From: Candidatus Anstonellaceae archaeon
Lineage (GTDB): Archaea; Micrarchaeota; Micrarchaeia; Anstonellales; Anstonellaceae
NCBI GenBank assembly: GCA_038891055.1
Contig: JAWAEU010000003.1
Location: 26,856-90,855, forward strand
Direction of reading: 5' to 3'
DNA length: 64,000 nucleotides
This document shows positions 1-9,839 of this stretch, piece after piece. Under the pieces are notes generated by a model. It worked only from the letters and a program-made list of their open reading frames with translations, searched no databases and was not told the DNA's origin. A program made the position numbers and the translations under genes. The stretch's first letter is position 1; each line of letters opens with the position of its first letter.

Positions 1-908
1 GCATGATCACTAGCAATACAATCTACATATTTTAGTTTTTTCCAAAGTTTTTCAACTTCCCTTTTTTCTCTTAGAGGGGGGTTAACATTAGAATATGGTC
101 CTAATTGTTTAAAATCAGCTGTAGATAAAAATAAGTGATGAGGGCTAACCTCGCAACTAAAATAGTGTTGATACAGTCCATCTATTTCCTTTGAAAATTT
201 TTTATTACCTTTTTTTGCTTCTACTATTTCTGAGGCTGTTGTCAAATGGCAAAAGTGTATTCTTCTTTTTATAGCTCTTCCAAGAGCATTTACTTTCTTT
301 ACTGCTATTAGTGCTGCGAGTACTGATCTTATTTTATGGTGTTCTCTATATTTTTGTTTATTTTTTTCGATGGTTTTTTGATCTTCACAATGGACTAAAA
401 ATGGTAATTCAGCAGGATAAGCCAAAAAATGTCTTTTTAATTCCTCCTCTGTTAAAGTTAGGGGCGAATTTGTTTTAGTTAAAAAAGCTTTGAGAGATGG
501 AGGCTTTAGCTTTTTTATTAACTCGATATTAGTGGCACTTGCACCAAAATGAAAACCAAAATCACAAAATGATTTTTTTGCGGCTATTTGTTCTTTTTCA
601 GTTAGAGCACCAATTGTTATTGTAGGCGGAGAATTATAACAGGGCATGTCTAAAATTGAGCATACTCCCCCAGCAATTGCACCAGCACTTCCTGTTAAAA
701 AATCTTCTTTAGCTGTATTTTCAGGTTCTCTAAAATGCACATGTCCATCAATCCCGCCTGGCAATATTATCATGTCATTAAAGTCCATTACTTCGTTGCC
801 ATCAGTGTAGCTATAGCTTCGTATTTCTTGAATTTTTTCTGACAAAATTTTTATTGATGCAGGTACTAGTTTATTTTTTATAAAAACTCTTCTAGATTTT
901 ATAATCAT
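1..908 (-). CDS. pyrC: Dihydroorotase (3' end runs off window)
   Basis: Not in ORF track; own translation from ATG at 908: MIIKSRRVFIK...ILPGGIDGHVHFREPE...GAIAGGVCSILDMP...VHCED. Amidohydrolase DxHxH motif, AGGTGAG RBS at 913-919, downstream of pyrK/pyrD. Confidence 0.93.
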   Translation of the reverse strand, partial: MIIKSRRVFIKNKLVPASIKILSEKIQEIRSYSYTDGNEVMDFNDMIILPGGIDGHVHFREPENTAKEDFLTGSAGAIAGGVCSILDMPCYNSPPTITIGALTEKEQIAAKKSFCDFGFHFGASATNIELIKKLKPPSLKAFLTKTNSPLTLTEEELKRHFLAYPAELPFLVHCEDQKTIEKNKQKYREHHKIRSVLAALIAVKKVNALGRAIKRRIHFCHLTTASEIVEAKKGNKKFSKEIDGLYQHYFSCEVSPHHLFLSTADFKQLGPYSNVNPPLREKREVEKLWKKLKYVDCIASDH

Positions 909-918
909 CTTTCTCACC

Positions 919-1716
919 TTACAGTTTTACTTTTCGCCCACACCTATCTTTTGTATAAACTCCAAAATCTTCTAACAAAAGAGCTTTTTCTCCATCTATT
1001 GTAGGACCATCATAACACGAAAGCCAACCATTTAGTGAGCAGTGGCCGCAAATTCCAAAACCACATTTATAGTATCTTTCTACAGAAAGTTGAGATTTTA
1101 TTTTATTCTCTTTTGCAATTGTTGCAACTGCTTTCATCATTTTCTCTGGGCCACAGCAATAAATACAATCATACTTATTTTTTTCTATTAATTTTTTCAT
1201 AGAAACTAATACTGTGCCTTTCTCTCCTGCTGTTCCATCATCTGTAGTAAAAAAGGTTTTTACCCTTTTATCTGCCAGAGGCTCCATTAAATACTCTTTA
1301 GTTTTTGCTCCTATTATACAATCTACTTTTAATTTTTTATTTTTTTGCAGCCCCTCCTTTATCAAAAATCTAAGGGGAGCAAAACCATATCCCCCCCCTA
1401 TCACTAGCCACCTATCTCCTATTTGCCTAAATCCTTTTCCATAAGGTCCTCTTACAAATATGCTTCTGCCTTCCTCTTTTGAGACCAGGGCCTTTGAGCC
1501 TGGACCAACCGCAGCTACTGCTAATTCAAAAGGCTTAGAATTTGCAACAGAAAATGGCTTTTCTTTTCCCTCTTCTATCCAAACCATTACAAATTGACCT
1601 GGTCTTGCCTCTATATTTTTATCAAAAGTAATATAAGTAACATTTTTTGTTTCTTGTTTTTTTCTTATTATTGTAAATTGCTTGTATGGACTTTTCATAA
1701 TTTCCACTCTATGCAA
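919..1716 (-). CDS. pyrK: Dihydroorotate dehydrogenase electron transfer subunit (start may be ATG at 1698)
   Basis: PGQFVMVW, KPFS, RGPYGKGF, GGGYGFAP and C-terminal 2Fe-2S motif CGFGICGHC...C.DGP; adjacent to pyrD. Confidence 0.95.
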   Translation of the reverse strand: MHRVEIMKSPYKQFTIIRKKQETKNVTYITFDKNIEARPGQFVMVWIEEGKEKPFSVANSKPFELAVAAVGPGSKALVSKEEGRSIFVRGPYGKGFRQIGDRWLVIGGGYGFAPLRFLIKEGLQKNKKLKVDCIIGAKTKEYLMEPLADKRVKTFFTTDDGTAGEKGTVLVSMKKLIEKNKYDCIYCCGPEKMMKAVATIAKENKIKSQLSVERYYKCGFGICGHCSLNGWLSCYDGPTIDGEKALLLEDFGVYTKDRCGRKVKL

Positions 1717-2602
1717 ATTTTATGTCTGAAATCTTTTCAAAATTCATCTTTTTCATATATTCTATTAGCTCTTTTTTTATTTTTCTAAAAGCATATCTAT
1801 ATTTATACAAAGCAGAGCCAATACTCACTGCATTTGCGCCGGCCATAATCATAGCAGCAGCATCTTCTCCACTATATACTCCTCCTCCTCCAATTATTGG
1901 AAGAGAACAATTCTGTCTTATTTGGTGTATTGCTCTAAGTGCTATTGGAAATATAGCCTCTCCAGATAGCCCTCCATATTTATTTGTAAGTATTGGTTTT
2001 CTTGCCCAAACATCTATTGCCATAGCAGGAACAGTATTTATTGCAGTTATGCAATCAGCACCTGCTTCTTGACATTCTCTTGCTATCTGCCCAATATTTG
2101 GCACAAAAGCAGAGAGTTTTATAGAAATAGGCACTCTTACTTTCTTTTTTACCGCCCTTACTAATCTTGAAGCACTAGCAGCAGAAGAACAAAATAACTC
2201 TCCATCTACATTTGGGCATGACGCATCTAATTCTATCATATCAGGCATAGCAGTTTCTACTTTTTTTGCTACCTCAACAAATCTCTCTATGCTATTCTCA
2301 TAAACAGAGGCTATTATTGGCACTCCACATCTTTGTTTAGCATATTCTATCTCTTTTATCTGTTCATTTACTCCAGGATTTGACAGCCCAACTGCATTTA
2401 TCAAATAACACCTATATTCTAAAACTGTTGGATTTTCATGGCCTTCTCTTGGTTCTAGAGAACAGGATTTGGTTGTGACTGCGCCTGCCCCCTCTCTAGC
2501 CATTCTAATTAGCATTTCTCCATCAGTGCCTTTTATTCCAGAAGCAAGAACAAAAGGATTTTCAAGTTTTATTTTTCCTAAAGTAGTAGATAAATCAATC
2601 AT
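1709..2602 (-). CDS. pyrD: Dihydroorotate dehydrogenase, family 1B catalytic subunit
   Basis: NPFVLASG, TTKS, NAVGLSNPG, SCPN, INT, GGLSG motifs. Confidence 0.96.
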   Translation of the reverse strand: MIDLSTTLGKIKLENPFVLASGIKGTDGEMLIRMAREGAGAVTTKSCSLEPREGHENPTVLEYRCYLINAVGLSNPGVNEQIKEIEYAKQRCGVPIIASVYENSIERFVEVAKKVETAMPDMIELDASCPNVDGELFCSSAASASRLVRAVKKKVRVPISIKLSAFVPNIGQIARECQEAGADCITAINTVPAMAIDVWARKPILTNKYGGLSGEAIFPIALRAIHQIRQNCSLPIIGGGGVYSGEDAAAMIMAGANAVSIGSALYKYRYAFRKIKKELIEYMKKMNFEKISDIKFA

Positions 2603-2702
2603 TAATATTTATATTGTGTTTAAGAGGTATTTAAGCTTTTTTTATCTAAAATTAAAATAAAAAAATAAAAACATTTTTAAATATTCACGCAATATTTTTA
2701 GC

Positions 2703-4211
2703 ATGGAGGAGCAAAAACAACAAGAATTATTTGAAGAATTAAATTTAGTTCAAATAAATTTTGACAAGTCAAAGAGTGTCGAGGAAAACATTTACAAGTT
2801 TTTGGTTGAAGTCTATGGATTTGAGAGTAAACCTGCTTCCAAATTATCTAAAAAAATAAAAAGGTCAGCTTTAGTTGCTATAAAGGAAGATGGATCTATT
2901 GAGAGCTCCCCAAAATCATTAGAAAAAGTAGCAAAGTTATTTATCTCAGAAAAGTTTTTAGAACAAGATTTGGCTCTTTTAAAAGATAAAAAACAGGAGC
3001 AACTAAATCAGATAGTTATAAATGATCAATCTAATCAGCCTAAGCATTTAGAAGACTTTTTAAAAGAGCAAATTAAAAAACTTTTAGATGAATATTTCGA
3101 AGTGATAGAGAAAGATAAAAACTCAGAATATAAGATCATTAGAGAATTTGCAAAAGAATTAGATGAAAAAATACAAAAGGCAATAAACGAGAAAAAAGAG
3201 TTATCCAATCCAGAAATTAATGAAATAGCTGCTTATTTAAATGGAAGAAGAGCATATTACCAAACTTTAGAATCTGCAAAAATGTTTGCAAAAATCGACC
3301 TAAAATCTAAAAACAAAATGTTAGCAGAAACTGCTAAAAGGATTTTAGAGGCTATTGAAAAAAAAGATATCGGACTGGAGGATTTACAAGGCTTAAATGC
3401 CTATGTAATGGAGCGCTCTAGGTTTGACTATATTTTTGAAAATGGCTTTTTATATGCAGAAAAAGATTTAAGGGAAGAAAAAGATGAACAAAAAATCCAA
3501 AAAGCAAGAAAAATACTCTCAATAATCTCTAAAGATCAACCTTCTGGTGAAGAAATTTTAGAACTCAATCAATATGTAGATCAAAAAGAATTCGAGGGCT
3601 CTCTAAATATTGTTAGAGATCTTATTAAAGAAGAAAAAAATGAAGTAAATAAAGAATATATTGAAAAAATAATTAAAAGAGCAGATGAACAAGGCCCTAT
3701 TTCTATTTTTGACATTTCCCTTCTCAGATCTTATTATCAAGAGAAAATTCTCCCAATTGTTCAACAAGGTTTGAGTTTATTAGAGCAGAGAGATGATGAG
3801 TGGGCAAAGTCCTTAGTGCAGAGTGCGAAAGAAAAAAATTATCTCACTCCATTCCAAATTCAAGAAATTTATCAATATCTAAAAACACAAAACCAACTCT
3901 CAAAAGCACAACAAAAAGTAAAACAAGAAAAAGAACAACTAGATCAGATAGAGCAAAAAGAAAAGTTACCTCCAACTCAACAGCCTCCTAAAGTTATTTC
4001 TAAGGAAAATATAATTGAATTAATTGAGAATATAGTACAAAAGGCAAATGATTTACAAGACGAGCAAAAAATAGATCTAATTATTCAAAAGGTCGAAAAA
4101 GCTGAAAAAGAACTTCAAGAAGTAGAATCTATAAAAAACAAAAAAGAAAAACAAGCTTCTTACAAGAGAATTTGGCAAGAATTAGAAGAATTCAGCAGTC
4201 AAATCTTTTAA
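2703..4211 (+). CDS. Hypothetical alpha-helical protein with degenerate internal repeats
   Basis: 502-aa E/K/Q-rich ORF with no recognisable family motif. Confidence 0.8.
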   Translation: MEEQKQQELFEELNLVQINFDKSKSVEENIYKFLVEVYGFESKPASKLSKKIKRSALVAIKEDGSIESSPKSLEKVAKLFISEKFLEQDLALLKDKKQEQLNQIVINDQSNQPKHLEDFLKEQIKKLLDEYFEVIEKDKNSEYKIIREFAKELDEKIQKAINEKKELSNPEINEIAAYLNGRRAYYQTLESAKMFAKIDLKSKNKMLAETAKRILEAIEKKDIGLEDLQGLNAYVMERSRFDYIFENGFLYAEKDLREEKDEQKIQKARKILSIISKDQPSGEEILELNQYVDQKEFEGSLNIVRDLIKEEKNEVNKEYIEKIIKRADEQGPISIFDISLLRSYYQEKILPIVQQGLSLLEQRDDEWAKSLVQSAKEKNYLTPFQIQEIYQYLKTQNQLSKAQQKVKQEKEQLDQIEQKEKLPPTQQPPKVISKENIIELIENIVQKANDLQDEQKIDLIIQKVEKAEKELQEVESIKNKKEKQASYKRIWQELEEFSSQIF

Positions 4212-4237
4212 CATTTTAATTTTTTATTTTTATTTCT

Positions 4238-4648
4238 TTAAGAAATTTTTTCGAATTTATATCCATAGTGTATTAAGCCTTCTGGGTCATCTCTTTTGAT
4301 AACTCTAAAAACCATTTCTACTCTATCTCCTATTTTTATGTCTTTTGAATTCACTATCTGTGCTGTTAGCATTGGGCCTTCGTCTAATTTTACTATCGCC
4401 AAAATGTATGGGGCTTGAATTTCAAAACCACTGGGCGGGCTATGTACTTCTGTGAAAGAATATATTGTACCATATGGCTTAAATTGGTATTGCTCAATTT
4501 TTCCTCTCCTTCTACACTTGGGGCAAAATTTTCTTAGAGGAAAATATTTGGTATTGCAATTTTTACAAATTGAGCCAATAATGCAATATCTCTCTGGAAT
4601 TCTTCTCCAAGTAATAGCAATATTTGTCATTCCTCTCACCCTATTCAT
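4238..4648 (-). CDS. DUF35 family Zn-ribbon/OB-fold protein (thiolase/HMG-CoA synthase scaffold)
   Basis: CKNC...CPKC, GTIYSFT, YGYKF; directly after thiolase. Confidence 0.93.
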   Translation of the reverse strand: MNRVRGMTNIAITWRRIPERYCIIGSICKNCNTKYFPLRKFCPKCRRRGKIEQYQFKPYGTIYSFTEVHSPPSGFEIQAPYILAIVKLDEGPMLTAQIVNSKDIKIGDRVEMVFRVIKRDDPEGLIHYGYKFEKIS

Positions 4649-5822
4649 TTAATGGATTTTTTAAAATATGAATTACTCCAGTTGCTCCAGACCCTCCAAC
4701 ATTGTGCGTAAGACCTATTTTTGCGCCCTTAACTTGTCTAGAATTTGCTTGGCCCCTCAGCTGCCAAGTTATTTCTACAGCTTGTTTTATTCCAGTAGCC
4801 CCTACTGGATGCCCGCATGCCTTCAGTCCTCCAGAGGTGTTTATTGGGATCTCTCCTCCAATTGTAGTCAGTCCATCTTCAGTAGCTTTAGCCCCTTTTC
4901 CTTTTTCAAAAAATCCAATATCTTCAATTGCTAAAATTTCTGCTATTGTAAAGCAGTCATGTACTTCTGCAACGTCTATATCTTTTGGCGCTATTTTAGC
5001 TTGCTCAAATGCTTTTTTTGCTGCTATTTTTGTTACTTTCAATTCAGTTAGATTTTCTCTATCGTGCAAAGCAAGTGTATCTGAGGCTTGAGCACTAGCA
5101 ATTATCTCAATAGGTTGTTCTACTACTTTTTTTGCTTTTTCTAGTGGCATGAGCACTACTGCAGCAGCCCCATCTGTTACAGGTGAGCAATCAAACACTT
5201 TTAGTGGTGAGGCAACCACTTTAGATGAGAGAACTGTTTGAATGTCTATCTCTTTTTGAAATTGGGCATATTTATTTTTTGCACCGTGTTTGTGGTTTTT
5301 TACTGCTACCCAAGCAAGTTGTTCTTCTGTGGCATTAAATTCGTGCATATATCTTCTTGCAATAAGAGCATATATGGCAGGAAAAGTTGCTCCAAAAAAC
5401 AACTCCCATTCTTCATCTCCTGCTCCTCCTAAAGTACTAATAACATCTGGTCCTGGCACATCAGTCATTTTTTCTACTCCTCCAACTACAACACAATCGT
5501 GCATTTCAGAGGCTACGGCCAAATATCCCTGTCTTAGAGCCACTCCTCCAGAGGCACATGCAGCCTCCACTCTAATAGAAGGAATTGGATTTAGCCCCAT
5601 CCAATCTGCCAGAAGTGCAGCTGCATGTTCTTGTCCTATGAGGGGACCTGGAGCCATAGTGCCACAATATATAGCATCAATTTCTTTTCCACTTAAGTTA
5701 GCATCTTCTAATGCTTTTATTCCAGCTTCAAGAATTAAATCTCTAAATCCTCTTCCCCATTCCTCTCCAAATTTTGTCATTCCAACTCCTACTATAGCAA
5801 CTCTTCTCATTTTATCCACCAC
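4641..5822 (-). CDS. Acetoacetyl-CoA thiolase, archaeal type
   Basis: [39 protein letters not shown]. Confidence 0.96.
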   Translation of the reverse strand: MVDKMRRVAIVGVGMTKFGEEWGRGFRDLILEAGIKALEDANLSGKEIDAIYCGTMAPGPLIGQEHAAALLADWMGLNPIPSIRVEAACASGGVALRQGYLAVASEMHDCVVVGGVEKMTDVPGPDVISTLGGAGDEEWELFFGATFPAIYALIARRYMHEFNATEEQLAWVAVKNHKHGAKNKYAQFQKEIDIQTVLSSKVVASPLKVFDCSPVTDGAAAVVLMPLEKAKKVVEQPIEIIASAQASDTLALHDRENLTELKVTKIAAKKAFEQAKIAPKDIDVAEVHDCFTIAEILAIEDIGFFEKGKGAKATEDGLTTIGGEIPINTSGGLKACGHPVGATGIKQAVEITWQLRGQANSRQVKGAKIGLTHNVGGSGATGVIHILKNPLNE

Positions 5823-6871
5823 TAAAGAGTTTTAATTTTTCTTTTTAATTTTGCATATTTTGAATAATCCAAAAACACTTGCCTCTTTTCATAATACTCG
5901 AAATTTTTTTTCACTCTTTCTCTTGCTTCAACTATTTGCTCTCTCACTACGAGTGCAAAACTATCTGAACCTGCCCCAGAACCAAAAGAAGTTAGTAATA
6001 TTCTTTCTCCAGGTTTTGCCTTATCCAAAACAGCACAAAGCCCTATTAATGAAGCTGCAGAGTAGGTATTTCCAATTTTTGGAGTTACTAACGAAGGCAA
6101 GACTTTAGCTGGATCAATTCCCATTTTTGCTGCTGCTTCTAGTGGAAATTTTCCATTTGGTTGGTGAAATACAAAATAGTCAAATTCTGAAGCACTATAA
6201 CCATACTTCTCAAATAAGCCCTGTGTGGCAGAAATAATATGTTTAAAATATGCTGGCTCTCCGGTAAATCTACCACCATGGCTTGGAAATTCGGCATGCT
6301 GTCTTCGCCAAAAATCAGGAGTGTCAGTAGTAAAAGAATAAGTGCCTTCTATTTCTGCTATTAGGTTGTTTTTTCCAATTATAAATGCAGCAGCTCCTGC
6401 CCCAGCAGTGTATTCTAATGCATCTGAGGGTTTTCCTTGTGAAGTATCAGACCCAATTGCTAATGAGTATTGCACAATATTAGAAATAACTAATCCCATA
6501 GAAATTTGAATAGCTGCAGTTCCCGCCTTACAGGCAAATTCTAAATCCGCAGCAGTTAATTCAGGAGTTGCTCTTATTGCCTCCGCAACAATTGAAGCAG
6601 TTGGCTTTACAGCATACGGATGAGATTCAGAGCCAACATATATTGCACCTATATTATTACTTTCGATATTTGCCATCTTTAGAGCATTTTTTGCTGCTTC
6701 TACTGCCATGGTTGCGCTATCTTCGTCTAAATCCGGTACTGCCTTTTGCTGTATATTCAAACTTTTTTTTATTCTTTCTCCATCCTCGCCCCATACTTTT
6801 GCAATCTCTTCAGGTTTTATTCTATAAATTGGTATATAACAACCATAACCTACTATTCCTACCTTTTGCAT
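5822..6871 (-). CDS. Hydroxymethylglutaryl-CoA synthase
   Basis: [44 protein letters not shown]. Confidence 0.97.
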   Translation of the reverse strand: MQKVGIVGYGCYIPIYRIKPEEIAKVWGEDGERIKKSLNIQQKAVPDLDEDSATMAVEAAKNALKMANIESNNIGAIYVGSESHPYAVKPTASIVAEAIRATPELTAADLEFACKAGTAAIQISMGLVISNIVQYSLAIGSDTSQGKPSDALEYTAGAGAAAFIIGKNNLIAEIEGTYSFTTDTPDFWRRQHAEFPSHGGRFTGEPAYFKHIISATQGLFEKYGYSASEFDYFVFHQPNGKFPLEAAAKMGIDPAKVLPSLVTPKIGNTYSAASLIGLCAVLDKAKPGERILLTSFGSGAGSDSFALVVREQIVEARERVKKNFEYYEKRQVFLDYSKYAKLKRKIKTL

Positions 6872-6893
6872 TCACATTCACCTTTTTTATAAA

Positions 6894-7580
6894 TTAGAAT
6901 TTATTTAACGTTTGCCTAATTTTTTGTATATCCATTTTTGTGGTGAGCACAGGGATTTGCTCTTTTTTTGCTATTTTGAGTGCTAACTCATCTACTTGTT
7001 CAATACCATGCAAAACAACTATTGATGGCTTCATTGGACTTACTCTTATAACAACTAGTGGAGAGCGGCCTGTAGAAACTTTTGTAAAAATAAAAGCCCT
7101 CTCAGCCATAGATCCATATAATTTGTGATATTGGTCGGTTGGCATCTCCATTATTATTTTTATGGAATCCACTAAGGTGTATCCATAAACTTTCTTTATT
7201 TTTAAAAGCTCTTCATTTGCAGCTACTTGAGAGTTTATTAATTTTGCAAAATCCTCGCCAGAAAAAGGAGAAGCAAACTCATGAGTTTCATAATACTGCT
7301 CTATTTCAGGGTTGGAAGGAAGTGCAAGCTTGGAGAGAACAGGATTTCCTCTTTCTCTATCTATTTCAAACAAAGCATCCACAAACCTTGAGATTACTGC
7401 AGAACCAGGAGATTTTCTTCTATTGCTTTCATAATCAGATATTGTAGAACTTGAAATCTTTAGATGCTTTGCTAATTCGGTTTGGCTAATTTGAAATATT
7501 TCTCTCCACTTTCTCATTGTGCTTCCAGGGTTTTTTGAAAGAGTTATCTCTCCAGCTATCTCAAATTTTAATTTTTCCAT
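6894..7580 (-). CDS. XRE-type HTH transcriptional regulator (COG1709-like), first gene of the mevalonate cluster
   Basis: IAGEITLS.NPG..MRKWREIF, ISDYESNRRKSPG, FTKVSTGRSP; conserved archaeal position upstream of HMG-CoA synthase. Confidence 0.88.
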   Translation of the reverse strand: MEKLKFEIAGEITLSKNPGSTMRKWREIFQISQTELAKHLKISSSTISDYESNRRKSPGSAVISRFVDALFEIDRERGNPVLSKLALPSNPEIEQYYETHEFASPFSGEDFAKLINSQVAANEELLKIKKVYGYTLVDSIKIIMEMPTDQYHKLYGSMAERAFIFTKVSTGRSPLVVIRVSPMKPSIVVLHGIEQVDELALKIAKKEQIPVLTTKMDIQKIRQTLNKF

Positions 7581-7620
7581 TATTTGTATTATTACTACAA
7601 AAGTTTAAAAAACATTCTAT

Positions 7621-7643
7621 TTATTTCGTCAATAGACAAATAA
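7621..7643. promoter_or_regulatory. Imperfect inverted repeat, candidate operator in divergent promoter
   Basis: TTATTT(C)GTC-AATA-GACAAATAA, lying between two TATA-like boxes. Confidence 0.4.
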
Positions 7644-7716
7644 GTTTATAAATTATTCTAAATATTTTGATATTTTTTTATTACCAAACCAAAAAGCTAA
7701 ATCTTAATTATTTTTA

Positions 7717-9234
7717 GTGCTAAATTTATTTATGCAAGAAGGAAAAGTAGGGGTAGTAGTTGCAGCAGAAGATAGCCCAAGCACCACTCAATTTCATTTT
7801 ATTTTAACTTCTGAAAAAATAAAAAAAGGCAATTATGTTTTTTTAAATTCTCAAAATAAAAAAATATTTGGCCAAGTGATTGAAATTTTTTGGTCTAACA
7901 GATATTTCAAAAGTCATGAAGTGGTAGCAGATATTTCTAATTTTGGGGGAATGGATAACTTTCCAACAGAAGCTTGGAGTTATGGTCTTGCAAAAGCAAA
8001 AATAATTGGAGTTTTAGATGAGGATAGATTTGTTAGATGTTTCTTTCCTCCAAAGTGTGGCGAAGAGATTTTTTTAGCTAGTGCTCTAGATTTGCAAAAG
8101 ATTTTAAATCTCCCTCCTAGTGGTTTGAATTTAGGAAAGCTACTTCATCATGAACTGGATGTAAAATTAGATCTCTCTAAGCTTATAGGAAAACATCTAG
8201 CTATACTAGCAATGTCTGGGGCAGGAAAATCTTATTTTTGCAGTGTACTTTTAGAAGAAATCTTAGAGATAAAAAAAGAGGAAGGTCGAATTTCAACACT
8301 AATATTTGATAGTCACCAAGATTATACATTTTTAAAAGAGGCTTATCCTTCAGCAGTAGAGGTGATAGATGCAAAGAATCTAAAATTAAGTTATCTCTCT
8401 TTAGGTGTAAATAAAATAGTGAGCATGTTGGACTTAAGCCAAAAGTCAAAGTTTTTATTAGAAAAATTATTTAAACAAATAAAACAAAAAAAGAAGACCC
8501 AAGGTATTCCTACTCCTTCTTTAGATGAACTTTTAGAGATGATAGAAAAAGATAATATAAATCAAAACACTAAGGCTGCACTAATGGAGGCAATTTCAAT
8601 GCTCAAGAGCTTAAAATTTATTTCAAATAAAGATAACTTCAAAAAAAGCCAATTTCCTTCTCCTGGAAAATTAATAATTTTTGATTTGTCCTCTATAGAA
8701 AATTTAGATCAAAAACAACTTCTGGTGCACTACTTTTTATCAAAATTTTTTAATGCAAGAAAAAAGAAAAAAATACCTCCAACACTAGCAATTATCGAAG
8801 AAGCTCATAATTTTTGCCCAGAAAAAGAAAAAGCTTCAGCAGCTCTTTCAAGAGATATAATAAATACAATAGCTAGAGAAGGAAGAAAATTCTTTTTCTG
8901 TCTTTGCCTTATTTCACAGCGTCCAGTAAATCTCTCCACAACAGCACTCTCTCAATGTAGCACTAATGTTATTCTAAGGATAACCAATCCAAATGACTTA
9001 GAGCACATTTTACAAAGTTCGGAGGCAATGGATGCTGATTCTCTAAAATTTATCCCAGGTTTAGAAGTTGGTAGCGCCTTAATTTTAGGTGAAGTAAGTC
9101 GATTTCCTCTATTTTTAGAAATAAGAAAAAGAAAAACTTCCTTCCAGCGGCCTTCAAAGAGTATTCAACAGGAGGCAAAAGAATTTGAGCTTGAGCAAAA
9201 AAGAATAGAAGAAGAGTTAAACTTACATTTTTAA
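7717..9234 (+). CDS. herA: HerA-family ATPase/DNA translocase (likely start ATG 7732)
   Basis: N-terminal HAS-barrel-like region, HLAILAMSGAGKS Walker A, IIEEAHNF Walker B, AREGRKF, SQRP. Confidence 0.85.
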   Translation: MLNLFMQEGKVGVVVAAEDSPSTTQFHFILTSEKIKKGNYVFLNSQNKKIFGQVIEIFWSNRYFKSHEVVADISNFGGMDNFPTEAWSYGLAKAKIIGVLDEDRFVRCFFPPKCGEEIFLASALDLQKILNLPPSGLNLGKLLHHELDVKLDLSKLIGKHLAILAMSGAGKSYFCSVLLEEILEIKKEEGRISTLIFDSHQDYTFLKEAYPSAVEVIDAKNLKLSYLSLGVNKIVSMLDLSQKSKFLLEKLFKQIKQKKKTQGIPTPSLDELLEMIEKDNINQNTKAALMEAISMLKSLKFISNKDNFKKSQFPSPGKLIIFDLSSIENLDQKQLLVHYFLSKFFNARKKKKIPPTLAIIEEAHNFCPEKEKASAALSRDIINTIAREGRKFFFCLCLISQRPVNLSTTALSQCSTNVILRITNPNDLEHILQSSEAMDADSLKFIPGLEVGSALILGEVSRFPLFLEIRKRKTSFQRPSKSIQQEAKEFELEQKRIEEELNLHF

Positions 9235-9806
9235 AAAAAGTTTAATAAACCATTTAACCTTATACCTGTTTCTATTAAAAAATAAAATCTCAATATTCTA
9301 CCAACAGAGGTTAATAACAAGTAATATGGATATTTAACTTTTTTTATACCAGCATAAACTCCAACTATATCAAAAATCGGGTTTGGAAAAAAAGAAAGTA
9401 AAAAAATAGCTCCGTAGGTATGATTTTTTAAAATCCTTATATTTAAGTTATAAATTTTTTTAAAAATTTCATTTTGTTTTAATTGTTTTTTTTCTTTTAG
9501 AATTTCTTTTAATTCTTTTCCAAAAATATATCCTGTACTCTCACCAATAGCAGATCCAATACCAGCCAAAATAGCACAATAAACAATGTTTAATTTCATC
9601 GAAAGCATAACTACTGCAAGCTGCACAGGTGCAAGAGGTAAAAATAAAGAAGCTGAAGATAAAAGAGAGAGTATAAATATCCCTATATAAGAATATTGAC
9701 CAAAGAACTCTACTATTTGGTTAGAGTAAAATACAAGCAAGAAAGTAAATATGAAAATAGTTATTATTACCCATCTCTCTTTTAAAGCCATAAAGAAATT
9801 ACACAA
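9231..9806 (-). CDS. DedA/VTT (SNARE-associated) membrane protein
   Basis: Hydrophobic; GSAIGE..GY..G, PNPIFD.VG..AG, GR..RF. Confidence 0.85.
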   Translation of the reverse strand: MCNFFMALKERWVIITIFIFTFLLVFYSNQIVEFFGQYSYIGIFILSLLSSASLFLPLAPVQLAVVMLSMKLNIVYCAILAGIGSAIGESTGYIFGKELKEILKEKKQLKQNEIFKKIYNLNIRILKNHTYGAIFLLSFFPNPIFDIVGVYAGIKKVKYPYYLLLTSVGRILRFYFLIETGIRLNGLLNFF

Positions 9807-9839
9807 ATAATTTATATAAATTAACCCTGTTAGTTAATT

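Noticed and set aside
4668..5835. Several plus-strand ORFs inside the thiolase gene (and similar antisense ORFs throughout the track)
   Set aside because: They fully overlap well-supported genes on the opposite strand and carry no motifs.
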